64,000 nucleotides of DNA from assembly GCA_052426225.1 (NCBI GenBank), contig JBNJNM010000015.1:310001-374000 (forward strand), read 5' to 3'. The notes beneath the pieces are model-generated. The model was given only the letters and a program-made list of their open reading frames with translations, was not told the origin of the DNA and searched no databases. This DNA comes from Zancudomyces culisetae HAW-14-8. Lineage: Eukaryota; Fungi; Kickxellomycota. Position numbers and translations under genes: made by a program. Shown here in pieces: positions 23,676 to 34,879 of this stretch (within the stretch, counting starts at the first letter, position 1; each line of letters starts with the position of its first letter).

Positions 23676-24352
23676 TCTTTTCCTTTCCAAGTGTTAAGTT
23701 CTGTTCTATATTTTTTTTATATCTTGTACTATCTTCCAGAATTGTGATCCCAAAGTGCAAGAATGTGAGTTAAGATTTATCTATATTTTATATATGATGT
23801 TTATTTTAAACGTTTTCTATTTTGAACTTTGATGAGTATTTATACAAAATTTATGCCACATTTCGGCTTCTCCTCTAAGGGCGAAACACCAAATTCCACG
23901 TTCAACTGTGCTGACAAATAAAAAAAATTCACCTTCCCTTTCTCCTTCTTTGCAGAGGGATAGTAAGGGCAATGGTGTGTAAATCCGAGATAAATCCGCT
24001 CAAAAATCACCACTACCACCACCACCACCACAGATATCGTAATTATTATCATCGCTATCACTATCGCCATCTCCGCTTGCCGCCTCAGCCTCCTATATGT
24101 TTTTGTTTCTGTGGCTACATGTCCAGATTTCTTGAAGCGTATTTTAGTCCCACCATTTTGATTTGACTGATTTTGTTTTTTTTCCCGAGTTTTCAGCAAA
24201 TCCACATTGTACCTATTTTTTTTTACTCAGTTTAAAATTCTTGGAAATGTTGGTAAACTGAAAATTACTATATTTCATAGTGTTTTGTTATACACATAAA
24301 TCATTTCGATTAATAGAAGGTAACAGCTACAAATAAATACCACATAATCAAG

Positions 24353-25206
24353 ATGAGTAGAATAGAAGAAATAGACGATATTGACGATATGGATTTTCCA
24401 ATGCCCCAAGCAGATGAGTCTGCCCGAGAATTACTGCCTACGGGAGGCGATTCGAGATTCGCGGCTCCATCTAGCTCTAAGGCACACTACAGACAGGTTG
24501 AAGATACAAGCGAGATGAAAAATTGGATTTCAGTATACCCCATATACTTTGACGTTGATGTTGCTCGAGAAAGAGGAAGAAAAGTATCAAAGGAATTTTG
24601 CGTTAAAGATCCGCATACCAGACAGTTGGCTGAGGCAGTTAGGAGGATAGGACTAGGATGTCTATATCAAGTAAGACTATCGAAATGACTTTTTCTGTTT
24701 TTTTTGAATATCTTGAAAAAATATGTAATATTTATTATATTTTGTTTGTAGCCTGATAAAAAACACCCAAAGAGTATGTTCAACCCTGGCAGACTCAAAG
24801 TTGAGCTCTTTTCAAGCGGGAGGCCCATCAGATCAGAAATACAAACCAGTAAATTAATCTTTTGTGATAATACTAGCATTATTTTTTTTTTATCATCGAT
24901 ATGAAATATATAGCGATGTAAATATTACATATTAAACACAATATGCATTCAAAAATAGGAAAGGAATTGCTGAAACGAATTGGAAGTATATTGCCATCGA
25001 TCAATGTAGAAAAAGAACCAGAGCTAACAGCAGACGACATAATGCAAAACGTTCCACAACTTCCTGGAATGCCTGGAATGCCTGGGATGCCTGGGACACC
25101 TAAGGCTGCGGCGAGCACAGCTGGAGGCTCTAAATCCAAAGCTTCCGAGACTTCGAAAAAGCAAAGTAAATCCAAAGCCAAAAAGCCAAAAAAGAATTTG
25201 GTCTAG
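24353..25206 (+). CDS. SEC65: Signal recognition particle 19 kDa subunit (Sec65/SRP19); 3 exons
   Basis: Exons 24353-24670, 24752-24848, 24959-25206; WISVYPIYFD...GRKVSK...PDKKHPKSMFNPGRLKVEL...RKELL; fungal-type PGM repeats and Lys-rich tail. Confidence 0.93.
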
Positions 25207-25809
25207 ATAGTATAAAAGTTGTATTTAATTTATCCTTTTTTCTCTCCTTGATATAAATTAAACACGTATATAAATATTAAAATATCGAGCTCTTTTTTTA
25301 CTCTTAAACGCGGAGTTTTTCCGGAATACCATTACAAATTTATGCCATAATACCCCTTTTTCAGACCTAGCACACGTATTTTTGGAAGTTATTTCGAGAT
25401 AACTTTAATTTAAACCCGAAAACACTACTATTTTCCACCTATTCGTGTTTATAATAAACATTCCCATTTAAACCCACCAGACAAAGATTCTAGATACTGA
25501 GTGCGTATCCGTATCTCAGAAAAACCAAGCTTCTTTTTTAACTGCTTGCAATCTTTTTTTCGCCTATATCGACTCATTACCCAAGTAGTAAATATAATAG
25601 AAACTACAGGAAGCTCAAACAAGAAAACTCAACTAAACATTTGGAATATTATTTATACTTTATCTACATGTCAGCGAACACAGTAGCTCCGCCATGGTCG
25701 AATAATAAAAACTATTTATAAAGCAGTTCAAACCTAATACGACAAATAATGGAGAAAAAGTCGGTATAAGTGAAGAATAAAATTATAGTAAGAAAAGAAA
25801 GAAGCATCT

Positions 25810-26535
25810 CTATTTTGTATCAGCCACAACACCAACTTGAGCTGCTCTCAACACGGTGTCATGTATTAAGAACCCTGTCTTTTCTACTACAAATACTTCT
25901 CCAGGCTTTAGGTGAGGAATTGGTGTCATGAAAACAGCATGGCATTTTGTGGCATCAAATTGTTGCCCCATAGGGTTGAATTCGACCACTCCGTATTTTT
26001 CAAATACCTTGAGCATGTTTTTCTTGGTCATTTCAAACCCTGTAACCAACTCTTTCACGAGTCTACTGGATTCTTCGGCTGTTGCTTGGGTGTTGGTTCC
26101 TTCCTTGTATTCCTTTGGAATGTTCTTCAAAGCTAGGTTGAGTACATCGACTGTATCGAGCAGATCCTTTGAAAAGTTTCTGTGTGCAAACTTTTTCACG
26201 TTTTCAATCTCAGCTCTACTGCGGGTTCGTACATTTTCTGCCTCTGCCAAGGCTCTCAGATAGTGATCACGCAATTCCTTGATTTTGGCGTCTTTTTCCT
26301 CAATGGCTTTCTTCAAAGCCTCACTTTCGCTTGTGTTGGCGGCTGCAGCACTGCTCTCTTTACCCTTTGCTTCTTCGGAGTCGGGCTTTTTTTGTTGGGT
26401 TTCATCAGTTGCATATCTCCTATAAAAAGGTTGAGCCAAGCCTACAGTTCCTGTATTGCTCTTGTTGCAGGCTAGCTTGCCGACCACATTTCTAATCGGA
26501 CTCTTTGTTACGTTTCTAAAAATGCTTAGACTCAT
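25810..26535 (-). CDS. MGE1: Mitochondrial GrpE nucleotide exchange factor
   Basis: Basic presequence (MSLSIFRNV...FYRRYA), YLRALAEAENVRTR, FSKDLLDTVD, FNPMGQQFD, GFLIHDTVLRAAQVGV. Confidence 0.95.
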   Translation of the reverse strand: MSLSIFRNVTKSPIRNVVGKLACNKSNTGTVGLAQPFYRRYATDETQQKKPDSEEAKGKESSAAAANTSESEALKKAIEEKDAKIKELRDHYLRALAEAENVRTRSRAEIENVKKFAHRNFSKDLLDTVDVLNLALKNIPKEYKEGTNTQATAEESSRLVKELVTGFEMTKKNMLKVFEKYGVVEFNPMGQQFDATKCHAVFMTPIPHLKPGEVFVVEKTGFLIHDTVLRAAQVGVVADTK

Positions 26536-27641
26536 TGTTTGTTGGGAATCTCTTGTTTGGTGAAAGTTTGAGAAATAAATATTCAAAACTACCAGTTATA
26601 AATCTGCTCAAGGAAGCCTGGGCCTTTTTATGTGTTGGCTTTTTATTCTGTCTTTTGATTTAATCTGCCTAGAAAGATGTGTTGGCTATTATTCACTTTT
26701 AGTCGAATCAACTGTTATCTTTGCCATATCCACATTACTACACAGTTTCTCACAAGAAAATTAAAAAATTACGAGAAAGGAAAAATTTTTTACCAATAAA
26801 GCAACCAACCAAAAGAAAGGCTCTGAATGGACAAAGTTGAAAACCCATCAAATAGTCGATATGCCCAGCCCTGGAGTTTTAGAAAATAACCCTGCTGATT
26901 TGACAACACTTCAACAACAGTCCAATCGAAACTGTGAATCAGAGACGTGGAATTGATGTTGGTGTCAAGACTGATGGTGGTATTGGTAGTGGTATTGCTC
27001 TGGTGTTTATCAGATGATTTTGGCTTGGAAGGTTAAGGTTTTTTTGCAATCAACCCATGGCCTGATGCATCACCAGCTCTATAATGGAAGATAATACACA
27101 ATATTGATTGCTTTACAAAGGATGTTGAGCTCAACACCAAGTTTATCAAGTTGGCATGTTTTGGGTTATTTATGCACATTTATGTGGTGTATTTTCATTA
27201 TACTTGAATAAAACTCAAGATTGACAATGAATGTTAAGGAAAAGAAATTAAAACGGACTCGTTTTGCTGGAAAAACAAGAGAAATGTTGCTGAGATATGT
27301 TCGGACTGCAACGTTTACGACTCACAACCCACAACCCACAACACACAACCCACTTTTACTGAATATTGCTCTTTCGACACTATTCCCAACTTGTGGTGCA
27401 TCTGCCCACAAGCTGAAATTTAAATCCATTAAACACTGTTTGAAGATAAGGAACTTTTTTTTTCAAATCTCGATAAATTAGCGCCAATAACCCAAAGTCG
27501 ATTTTTGATCAAAACCCCCTCAAAACCGTTGACTTTGGAGCCTAAACAAAAAAAGGAAGAGGAATAACAGAACAAACAAACCACATACTTCTTTACAAAA
27601 TAATAACAGCTTGTACCATCACGCTTCAAAATCTTGATATA

Positions 27642-29478
27642 ATGCATCGGCTACGCATTGTGAATCCGGGAAAAACCGTTGTCTTTAACAGGCACTTAGC
27701 TAGGTCGTCCCTGCCTATCGGGTATAATTTGGTTCGACCAATTCAAAATAATAAAGGTATTTAAGTGATAAGGTTACCTCGTAGATTTTTAACTAGAATG
27801 TTTGTGCTTTTTGTTGCAATTAATACTTGTCTCCTTTAATTAAAATTAATTGTTTATAATATTATTAAACGGTATTTAAAAAGTAGAATCAGGTCCTAGA
27901 AAACGATACCAATCAACAGTAATCAGCCAAGAAAAGACCGCAGAGCTCAAAAGAGATGCGAATCCAAATAAAGACCCGGATGTAGTAAATACTAATGAGA
28001 AAAATAATTCAAACTCTTCTCAAAGTATCAAAGTTTTGGACAAAAACCATAACGTCGATGAATGGACAAACATTTCTAAGCCCATCTTGGATAAGCTGGG
28101 ACGAAATCTGATCAACCAAAAGGCACATCCCAGTTGTATACTGAAAGAGATGGTTTTTTCTCAATTTCCAACTTTTGCACATTACGACACTCTTGAGCCT
28201 GTTGTTTCTACATATGATAACTTTGATAGTTTGTTGGTGCCTAAAGATCATCCAAGCCGGGCTAAATCAGACACATACTATATAAACGAAAACACGGTGC
28301 TACGCGCCCATACCTCAGCTCATCAAGTTCAACTGCTTAAGGCTGGGGCGGAAAACAATCTTGAGATACTGAAACACAACAAAAACCAGTCACTTGTCCA
28401 CAATACTACTCATGGTTCCACTAAAAAGAATACAAAGTTCTTGGTAGCTGCAGATGTTTTTAGAAGAGACGAGATAGATGGCAGCCATTATCCCATATTT
28501 CATCAATTGGAAGCTGTCTCTACCTTCTCTAAGGATAATTTGGAAAATGAGCTTAAACAAGAAGAATCTGCACGACAGGACGTGAAAAAGAAGTTTCTTG
28601 AAAGTATGCAAGACAAGCCGAGCTTGACTATAGAGACCCACAATGAAGGTTATGATGCGATTAAAAATCCTATTCAAAAATGTCATGATCCTAAGCAAGT
28701 TGAGTTAATAATAAATGATATGAAGTCTGCTATGAACAATATGGTTGCAAGCATATTGAGTCAAGCAGCGAATACGGTGGGCCAGGAAGAGCAGCTTTCC
28801 AAACTGCAAGTTAGATGGATTGAGGCATATTTTCCGTTCACAAGCCCTAGTTGGGAAATGGAAGTCTTTTGGGGTGGTGAATGGTTAGAGCTATGCGGGT
28901 GTGGTGTCATGCGCCAGGAGTTGTTACAGAACGCAAGTAAGATTTCAAATTTTACCATTTGGTGCCTTGTAATTATATTCTCAGCACTAACTTGTTTTTT
29001 ATTTATTTTCCTATGATCTTTTTTAGAATTGGACGATAGAATAGGCTGGGCTTTTGGTTTTGGTCTTGAGAGACTGGCTATGGTTTTATTCGGAATTCCT
29101 GATATTAGGCTGTTTTGGAGCAGCGATCCTCGATTTTTAGGTCAATTTGAGCCTGGGAAAATATCACGCTTTGTTCCGTTCTCTAAACATCCTGCTTGCC
29201 ACAAAGATATTAGTTTCTGGATTGGGAAAGCAGGTAACACAAACGTCACCTTTCATGAAAACGACATGAATGACTTGATTCGTGAAATAGCTGGGGACTT
29301 AGTGCAGGATGTTGTTCTTGTCGATGAATTTACTAGCAAAAAGACCAATAGAACTAGCAAATGTTACAGAATCAACTACTGTTCCATGGACAGAAATGTA
29401 ACAAATGAGGAGATCAACGCTATCCAGGAACGTGTCCGCAAGGAAATGTCCGAAAGACTGGATATCGAGCTACGATAG
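27642..29478 (+). CDS. MSF1: Mitochondrial phenylalanyl-tRNA synthetase; 3 exons
   Basis: Exons 27642-27756, 27887-28936, 29027-29478, all in frame; [62 protein letters not shown], and a C-terminal ferredoxin-fold anticodon-binding domain. Confidence 0.95.
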
Positions 29479-30326
29479 TCCCATTTCTCTTTATTTTTGA
29501 TTATAATTTTGACTTTGTTCCATCTGTTTGTTTGAAGAGGAGTTTTTATCTTTAAAAGAAAATTACATTATGCGCATCTAAATCATAATAATGTCTAAAA
29601 TAAAGGTAATAGTAATAATGGTTGTAATTGTAATAGCAAAGGGGAAAAATCTACCTTTAAAATGTATTTCAAATACTCATAATACGATAAACCGTTTTTA
29701 CTACAGTATCGAACTACGCCACATTATACGAAGAAATGTCATCGTAAGGCTAGTGTATTTGTCTCTTTTTTTCCTGCCTAAGCCAATATTGTTGATGCTG
29801 GAACGGGAATATTTTGCTTCGTCTTTACTGGCGCCTCTGATATTTCGCCTTATTGGTAGATGGGTTCGAATCATGTGAAACTATATGCAAATAAAACGTT
29901 TAAATCCCCTAATTGAAAAGCGGGAAACTGAACCTAATTCTTTTAAACATTTTGGATAAATCACGACTCTGTTGTTCGAAAAAAGGGAACGTGTAATATC
30001 TAGCAAACTAAATCAGCGCTGCCTTGACGCATGCACAGTAGAATCTAAAGAAATACTAAAGCACTAATTTATAGGGACTGGTAAGCACAGTATAATATGA
30101 TAGATTCGTATTAGAAGGGTTTAAAAAGGCTCACCAAATGTATTTATCCTTTATTTACAGCGACCTTTTAGACATAGTTCCACAAAACAAGAGCTAGTAA
30201 CAAGATAAAATAAAATAAAATAAAATAAAAAGAAGTCTCTTCTATGATTATGCTATTAAAAGGGACTTGATAAATTGAAATTTTCTTTACATTGACAATA
30301 GCCCTGGAATCTTGCTAATAGCTAAA

Positions 30327-31625
30327 ATGAGCGGAAGCATAGAAATCGACTTTTTGGCAGAATATTTTGATGCTCTCGGGGTCAACGACACTTGCCTATA
30401 CGCGGTACGTGTTGTCTTCTTTTTATATATATCTAACTTCTCTTGCTAGAGCTAAAACCACTATAAAATGCTACTCCAAATAAAGCTAGCCCTAATTTGG
30501 CGGTGCTGGCACGCATCCTCACCGGCCAACCAAAAGAAGACATATTTTTTTCCAACTCTTTGTTACAACATATATCTTTAGATATGTGCCTGTACCTCAG
30601 CGAACATGCACACAGCTCTACGTGATGTTTTGGAAATATTTTTACGGTCAGTTTATTCTAAATACGCAAAGGACCAGGAACAAGTATCTGGAGCCATATG
30701 TCTGGAAGTCAACAATGTCCGATTCTGTGACCTACCGGAAAATTATAAAAGAGAAATTATTACATTCATTGAACGAATACGGGAGGCCATGTTAATGCTC
30801 ATTGGGACCATTGGAGCTCCTCTGGTATGTGCAGATGTTTTCATTCTTCTTTTGTTGTGTATTAGTCCCAGATCCATAGCTCTGTTGTATGCCAAACTGA
30901 TGTAATACATAAATACTTGTATTTAGGTTCTTACAGCATTTTCAGAAATAAAAGATACTGTGGGCGAAGATGTATGGGATAATCTTTCCAAAGACAAATT
31001 GAGGTTAGCCAGACTCTTATTTTAAACTAACGCTATACTTTTAAAAGATATTGAAAAAAGAAACGATCCGAAACCAGGGAAGACCCTTTGAAACAAAGAA
31101 AACAACTTTTTATTCATATAGACAAGAAACAGAGGCACAAGAGGGTGAAGTATCATCAAAATACAGTCAGAATGATGCTAACCATGGACACTGCTCTAGC
31201 CTTGCAGTCCTCCAGACTCAAAGATTTGAAAAAGGAAATGAGATTTTTTCTAAAGTTTATGGCAAAGTTGGTAAGCTGTGGTTGCTGTTTTATGTTTGGA
31301 AAATCCACGATATGTTCTAATGCATGTTCTCTAATAATACCAAGCGTAATATTTTGTAGCTGAGAAACTCAAAAACAACTTGACGACATTTCAACCAGAC
31401 TTGGCATATCTATTGATTGCCAATGTTTATGGCGATTTATTTTCTTACAGGCGCTTTTTGGCAGAGGATATGGTGGAGTTGATAGTGCTTTCATCGATAG
31501 TACCACTAAACACACCTGTACAGGAGTATAGCCACAAACGAGGTGCTCTTAGGATAGGAGTACCTGAAGAAAAGGTAGACCTAGTAATCGAACTTTCAAA
31601 AAAAATTCTTGCCTCTAAGCACTGA
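30327..31625 (+). CDS. AhpD/carboxymuconolactone-decarboxylase-fold protein (yeast Pxp2-like); 5 exons
   Basis: Rebuilt: exon 1 30327-30404 (GTACGT donor), exon 2 from 30582 (ICACTSANMH...RIREAMLMLIGTIGAPL), exon 3 from 30927, exon 4 (...RFEKGNEIFSKVYGKV), exon 5 (...FQPDLAYLLIANVYGDLFS...ELIVLSSIVP...SHKRGALRIG). The motif pattern fits fungal AhpD-like proteins. Confidence 0.72.
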
Positions 31626-31870
31626 TGTACCGTCTCACCCTCGCCCTCTCTCTCTCTCTAATTTGTGCTTTTTTTTATACTTTTAAAATGTATAACGTGC
31701 TAACCCTTGAATCCAGCCCAGATGCCTCATCAAATAGATTTTTTATAGTTTTATAACTTATTTACCATATGTTAATTTGGTGAATTTTCCGTTTTTACAA
31801 TCTTGTTTATTAATGAAACAACTAAACCTCATAGTACTAAGAATCTTTAAAATGGGGGGTATTTTTACAT

Positions 31871-32239
31871 TCAAAGCTTTAGCTTTCCCAGTTTTTCTTG
31901 TAATTTATGTTGCAATTCATACAGTTCTGCACTCTTTTTCTCCTGTTCCTTAGCCAATTCCTCCATTCTCTGATCTACTCGTTTGATTTCGTCCCTTATA
32001 TATTCGATTCTCTTATCTACATTCATAGTGGCCTCTTCTTTTTCCTGTGGAACAAGTACTGGCCCGATAAGTTTAAAGATTTTCGAACTTTCTCCCAGAA
32101 TCTTAAACTCCTTTTGCACGAGTTCATTCTCTTGCAACTGAGAGTTTAGTTTCTGATGGGATTCAATCATCTTTGAATACTCCTTTTGAAGTCCCTGTAA
32201 TTCGATTGATTCTTTCTCTATTCTTCCCTCGAGCGACAT
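31871..32239 (-). CDS. YKE2: Prefoldin subunit 6
   Basis: QLQENELVQKEF...IFKLIGPVLVPQEKEEATMNVDKRIEYIRDEI; beta-type prefoldin coiled coils. Confidence 0.95.
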   Translation of the reverse strand: MSLEGRIEKESIELQGLQKEYSKMIESHQKLNSQLQENELVQKEFKILGESSKIFKLIGPVLVPQEKEEATMNVDKRIEYIRDEIKRVDQRMEELAKEQEKKSAELYELQHKLQEKLGKLKL

Positions 32240-32752
32240 TTCCGATTTTTCTATTACTGGTTCCGTGTCTTGCGTTTTTTATTTGTGATTGATTGTTTAT
32301 TCTTATTTTTATGTGACAGCCATATATTATAAACAAAAAAAATTAAAAGTATGTTTTAATCACATGTAAACATCTGGGTAATGGAATATTTTGGTGCTCA
32401 TTTTTGGTAGCATTAAAATATCTTGGGGAAAATGGATTCCCAAAATCTTTCGTAAATTTGCCTTTCGCATTTCATGTTCCCTGGTGTCACTCCATACTCA
32501 ATTTCATTGATCAAATTTTTCAAGAAAAAAAAAACCTCAATGCAACAATTTATTTGCACAAAAAAAAAGCGCAAAAAGCTCAATAGTTAGGTTTATGTAG
32601 ATTTATTATAGATAAAATATTTAACTTGCCAAGTTCAGGATAGAATTCGAATTCCATTCCAAATTTAGATCCCTGTCATTTCCGTTTGCACCCTCAAGAT
32701 CGAAAAACTTCTACACATCGTTCTTTGTGCAAGAAAAATAATAATAATAAAA

Positions 32753-33445
32753 ATGAATGCTTCGGATTCACAGAGCTGGAAAAGCAAATATGCTTCCCTG
32801 AACAATGAAGAAAAAACCAATTTTAACAGCTGGCGACTTGGAATGAGAAATTTTTTTGCACACAGCACATTAGAAAGTAAATCGAACGATATTACTACTA
32901 GTGCAACAGAGAAAACTGAGGATTGCTTGAAGTGCGAGCGTTGGCGGGATGATCTTCTGAAATTTAGCCCTATAGTTAGATTCATGACTGAAAAACTCGA
33001 AAAGTCCGGCTGTATATTCAACAAAAATAATATTCGGTGCGTTGAATGCGACGAGGACAGGAGCGGTGGTTTTGACCCAAGCGTTGGTGTCGAATTATGT
33101 CATAATAAATCCTTTGAGAAGGTTATAATGGAAGATACAATTGCACACGAGCTTATTCATGCATATGATCACTGTAACTTTAATGTCAATTGGTTTAATC
33201 TTGAGCACCATGCTTGTTCCGAGATACGAGCAGCAAGTCTGAGCGGAGACTGTCGATTCTCAAGGGAGCTTGCACGAGGGAACTTTGGATTTATCAAACA
33301 CCACCAGAAATGTGTAAAAAGAAGAGCCATTATTTCCATACAGAGTAATCCAGCATGCAAGTCCAAAAAGGAGGCTAAAGAAGCTGTAAATAAGGTATTT
33401 GATAGCTGCTTTAACGACACTGAGCCATTTGATGAGATATACTAG
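32753..33445 (+). CDS. ATP23: Mitochondrial inner membrane metalloprotease Atp23 (M76)
   Basis: SPIVRFM, SGGFDP, TIAHELIHAYD (HExxH), HHACSEIRAASLSGDC, CVKRRA, CFNDTEPFDEIY. Confidence 0.97.
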   Translation: MNASDSQSWKSKYASLNNEEKTNFNSWRLGMRNFFAHSTLESKSNDITTSATEKTEDCLKCERWRDDLLKFSPIVRFMTEKLEKSGCIFNKNNIRCVECDEDRSGGFDPSVGVELCHNKSFEKVIMEDTIAHELIHAYDHCNFNVNWFNLEHHACSEIRAASLSGDCRFSRELARGNFGFIKHHQKCVKRRAIISIQSNPACKSKKEAKEAVNKVFDSCFNDTEPFDEIY

Positions 33446-34879
33446 TTTTTATCACTACTTCTTACCTTCATCCCAAAACTTGGCTTTTATTTTATGATAG
33501 ATTTTTTGTTTTAGTTTTTCATGGTCTTTTGTTGGTTTTGTGCTCAGTCATCTTTACTTTTTTCGCAAGTTTATATTAAAATGTTGTATTCAATACTCAA
33601 GTTTACCTGCCTTAACCTGGATATCTTTAATGGTTGCATTTGTAACTCTAGATCATGATAAGCTGTCCGGCAAATGTGTTTGAGCAAGTTTCTAAAAATG
33701 TAGTTTCTATACTAAAGAGCTCAATGCTCAACCGCTTTAGTGCCTATGTTTTGTTATACCTTCTTTTTGTGCTATATACTTGCACTTTCTATTCAAATTC
33801 ATCGATGAATTGATCTAAAGCTAAACTAGCAGAATCAAAACTGCTCTGGAAGCAAAATTCATATTTGAGTGCTGTGAGTAGTTGTGTTTTCTGATTAATG
33901 GTGATACTACCTCGTGACTTTTCGAAGTTGTGGTATGGTTAGGTGAAGTGGCTCAGAGTTAATAGGTTATATTAATTTTCAATAGTTGGCAAGTATTTGC
34001 CACCCAAATTTATTTGGACTAAAAATAAGAAGGGAGCCGGCCACCACAACTGGCAATTTTACGGCTTGGCTATTACCATTTGCACACAGTTTCGTAAAAA
34101 AAAATCCTCTTTCCACCCTACAAATCTCTGATTTTTTATTTTCGTTCGATGAATTTATTAAATAAATATACAAATCTCATTGATCAAAACTATTCTAACA
34201 TCACCCCCTACACCTCTTTCTTCTCCCTATCAACATGCCTCTTCTCCAACAAGGAAGAATTGTGTTTTTGGCTTGCTATGTGGATGCATAAAACCTGCTA
34301 CCAACCATACCACATAACTTACGCTTTTATCAAATTTCACAAATAGATAGCTTGAAATATGATTGGCTATATCAGATCGGCTTAAGTCTAAAAAAAAACA
34401 TATTTAGCGAAACGCCACTGTTAGGTCGCAATAACCTAGCGGGTAGATTTCATCTGATTTACCCACCTTTAAGGGGAAAGTTCAGCTCGTAAACCAGCTT
34501 GCATGCACGCTCCACCAACACACAACTTTATGGTTATTATTTGTTTATTCGCTTACACTGTATCGCTTGTTGGGTATTACAAATAAATTCATAACAAGAT
34601 AGTTTAGCAGTTTCGGCCTTCATGTCATTTTAGCTAATAAAAAAAAATGCTAGAAAGTTCCTATCCTTTACTTTTACTTTTTCTGACTGCGGTTTGTATT
34701 TAGCCATGCTTTCTGTTCTTTGATATTATTTTATTGCTTTCAATAAAAACAACACATCTGCTCGCGTTAACTAATTTACCACTTCAAGATTATTTAGATA
34801 GTACATATTGAAGGTGAACAAGAAAACTGTTTATTATTATTGCAGTATTACTATCAAAGTAGAAAAAATATATGTGAGA

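Noticed and set aside
31048-31060. In-frame TGA (possible selenocysteine) in the AhpD-like gene if the proximal acceptor is used
   Set aside because: That frame does not lead to the conserved downstream motifs; the distal acceptor gives a clean ORF, and no SECIS was recognised.
34470-34700. RNase P/MRP RNA (GGGAAAGTTC resembles CR-I)
   Set aside because: No matching CR-V or P4 partner found downstream.
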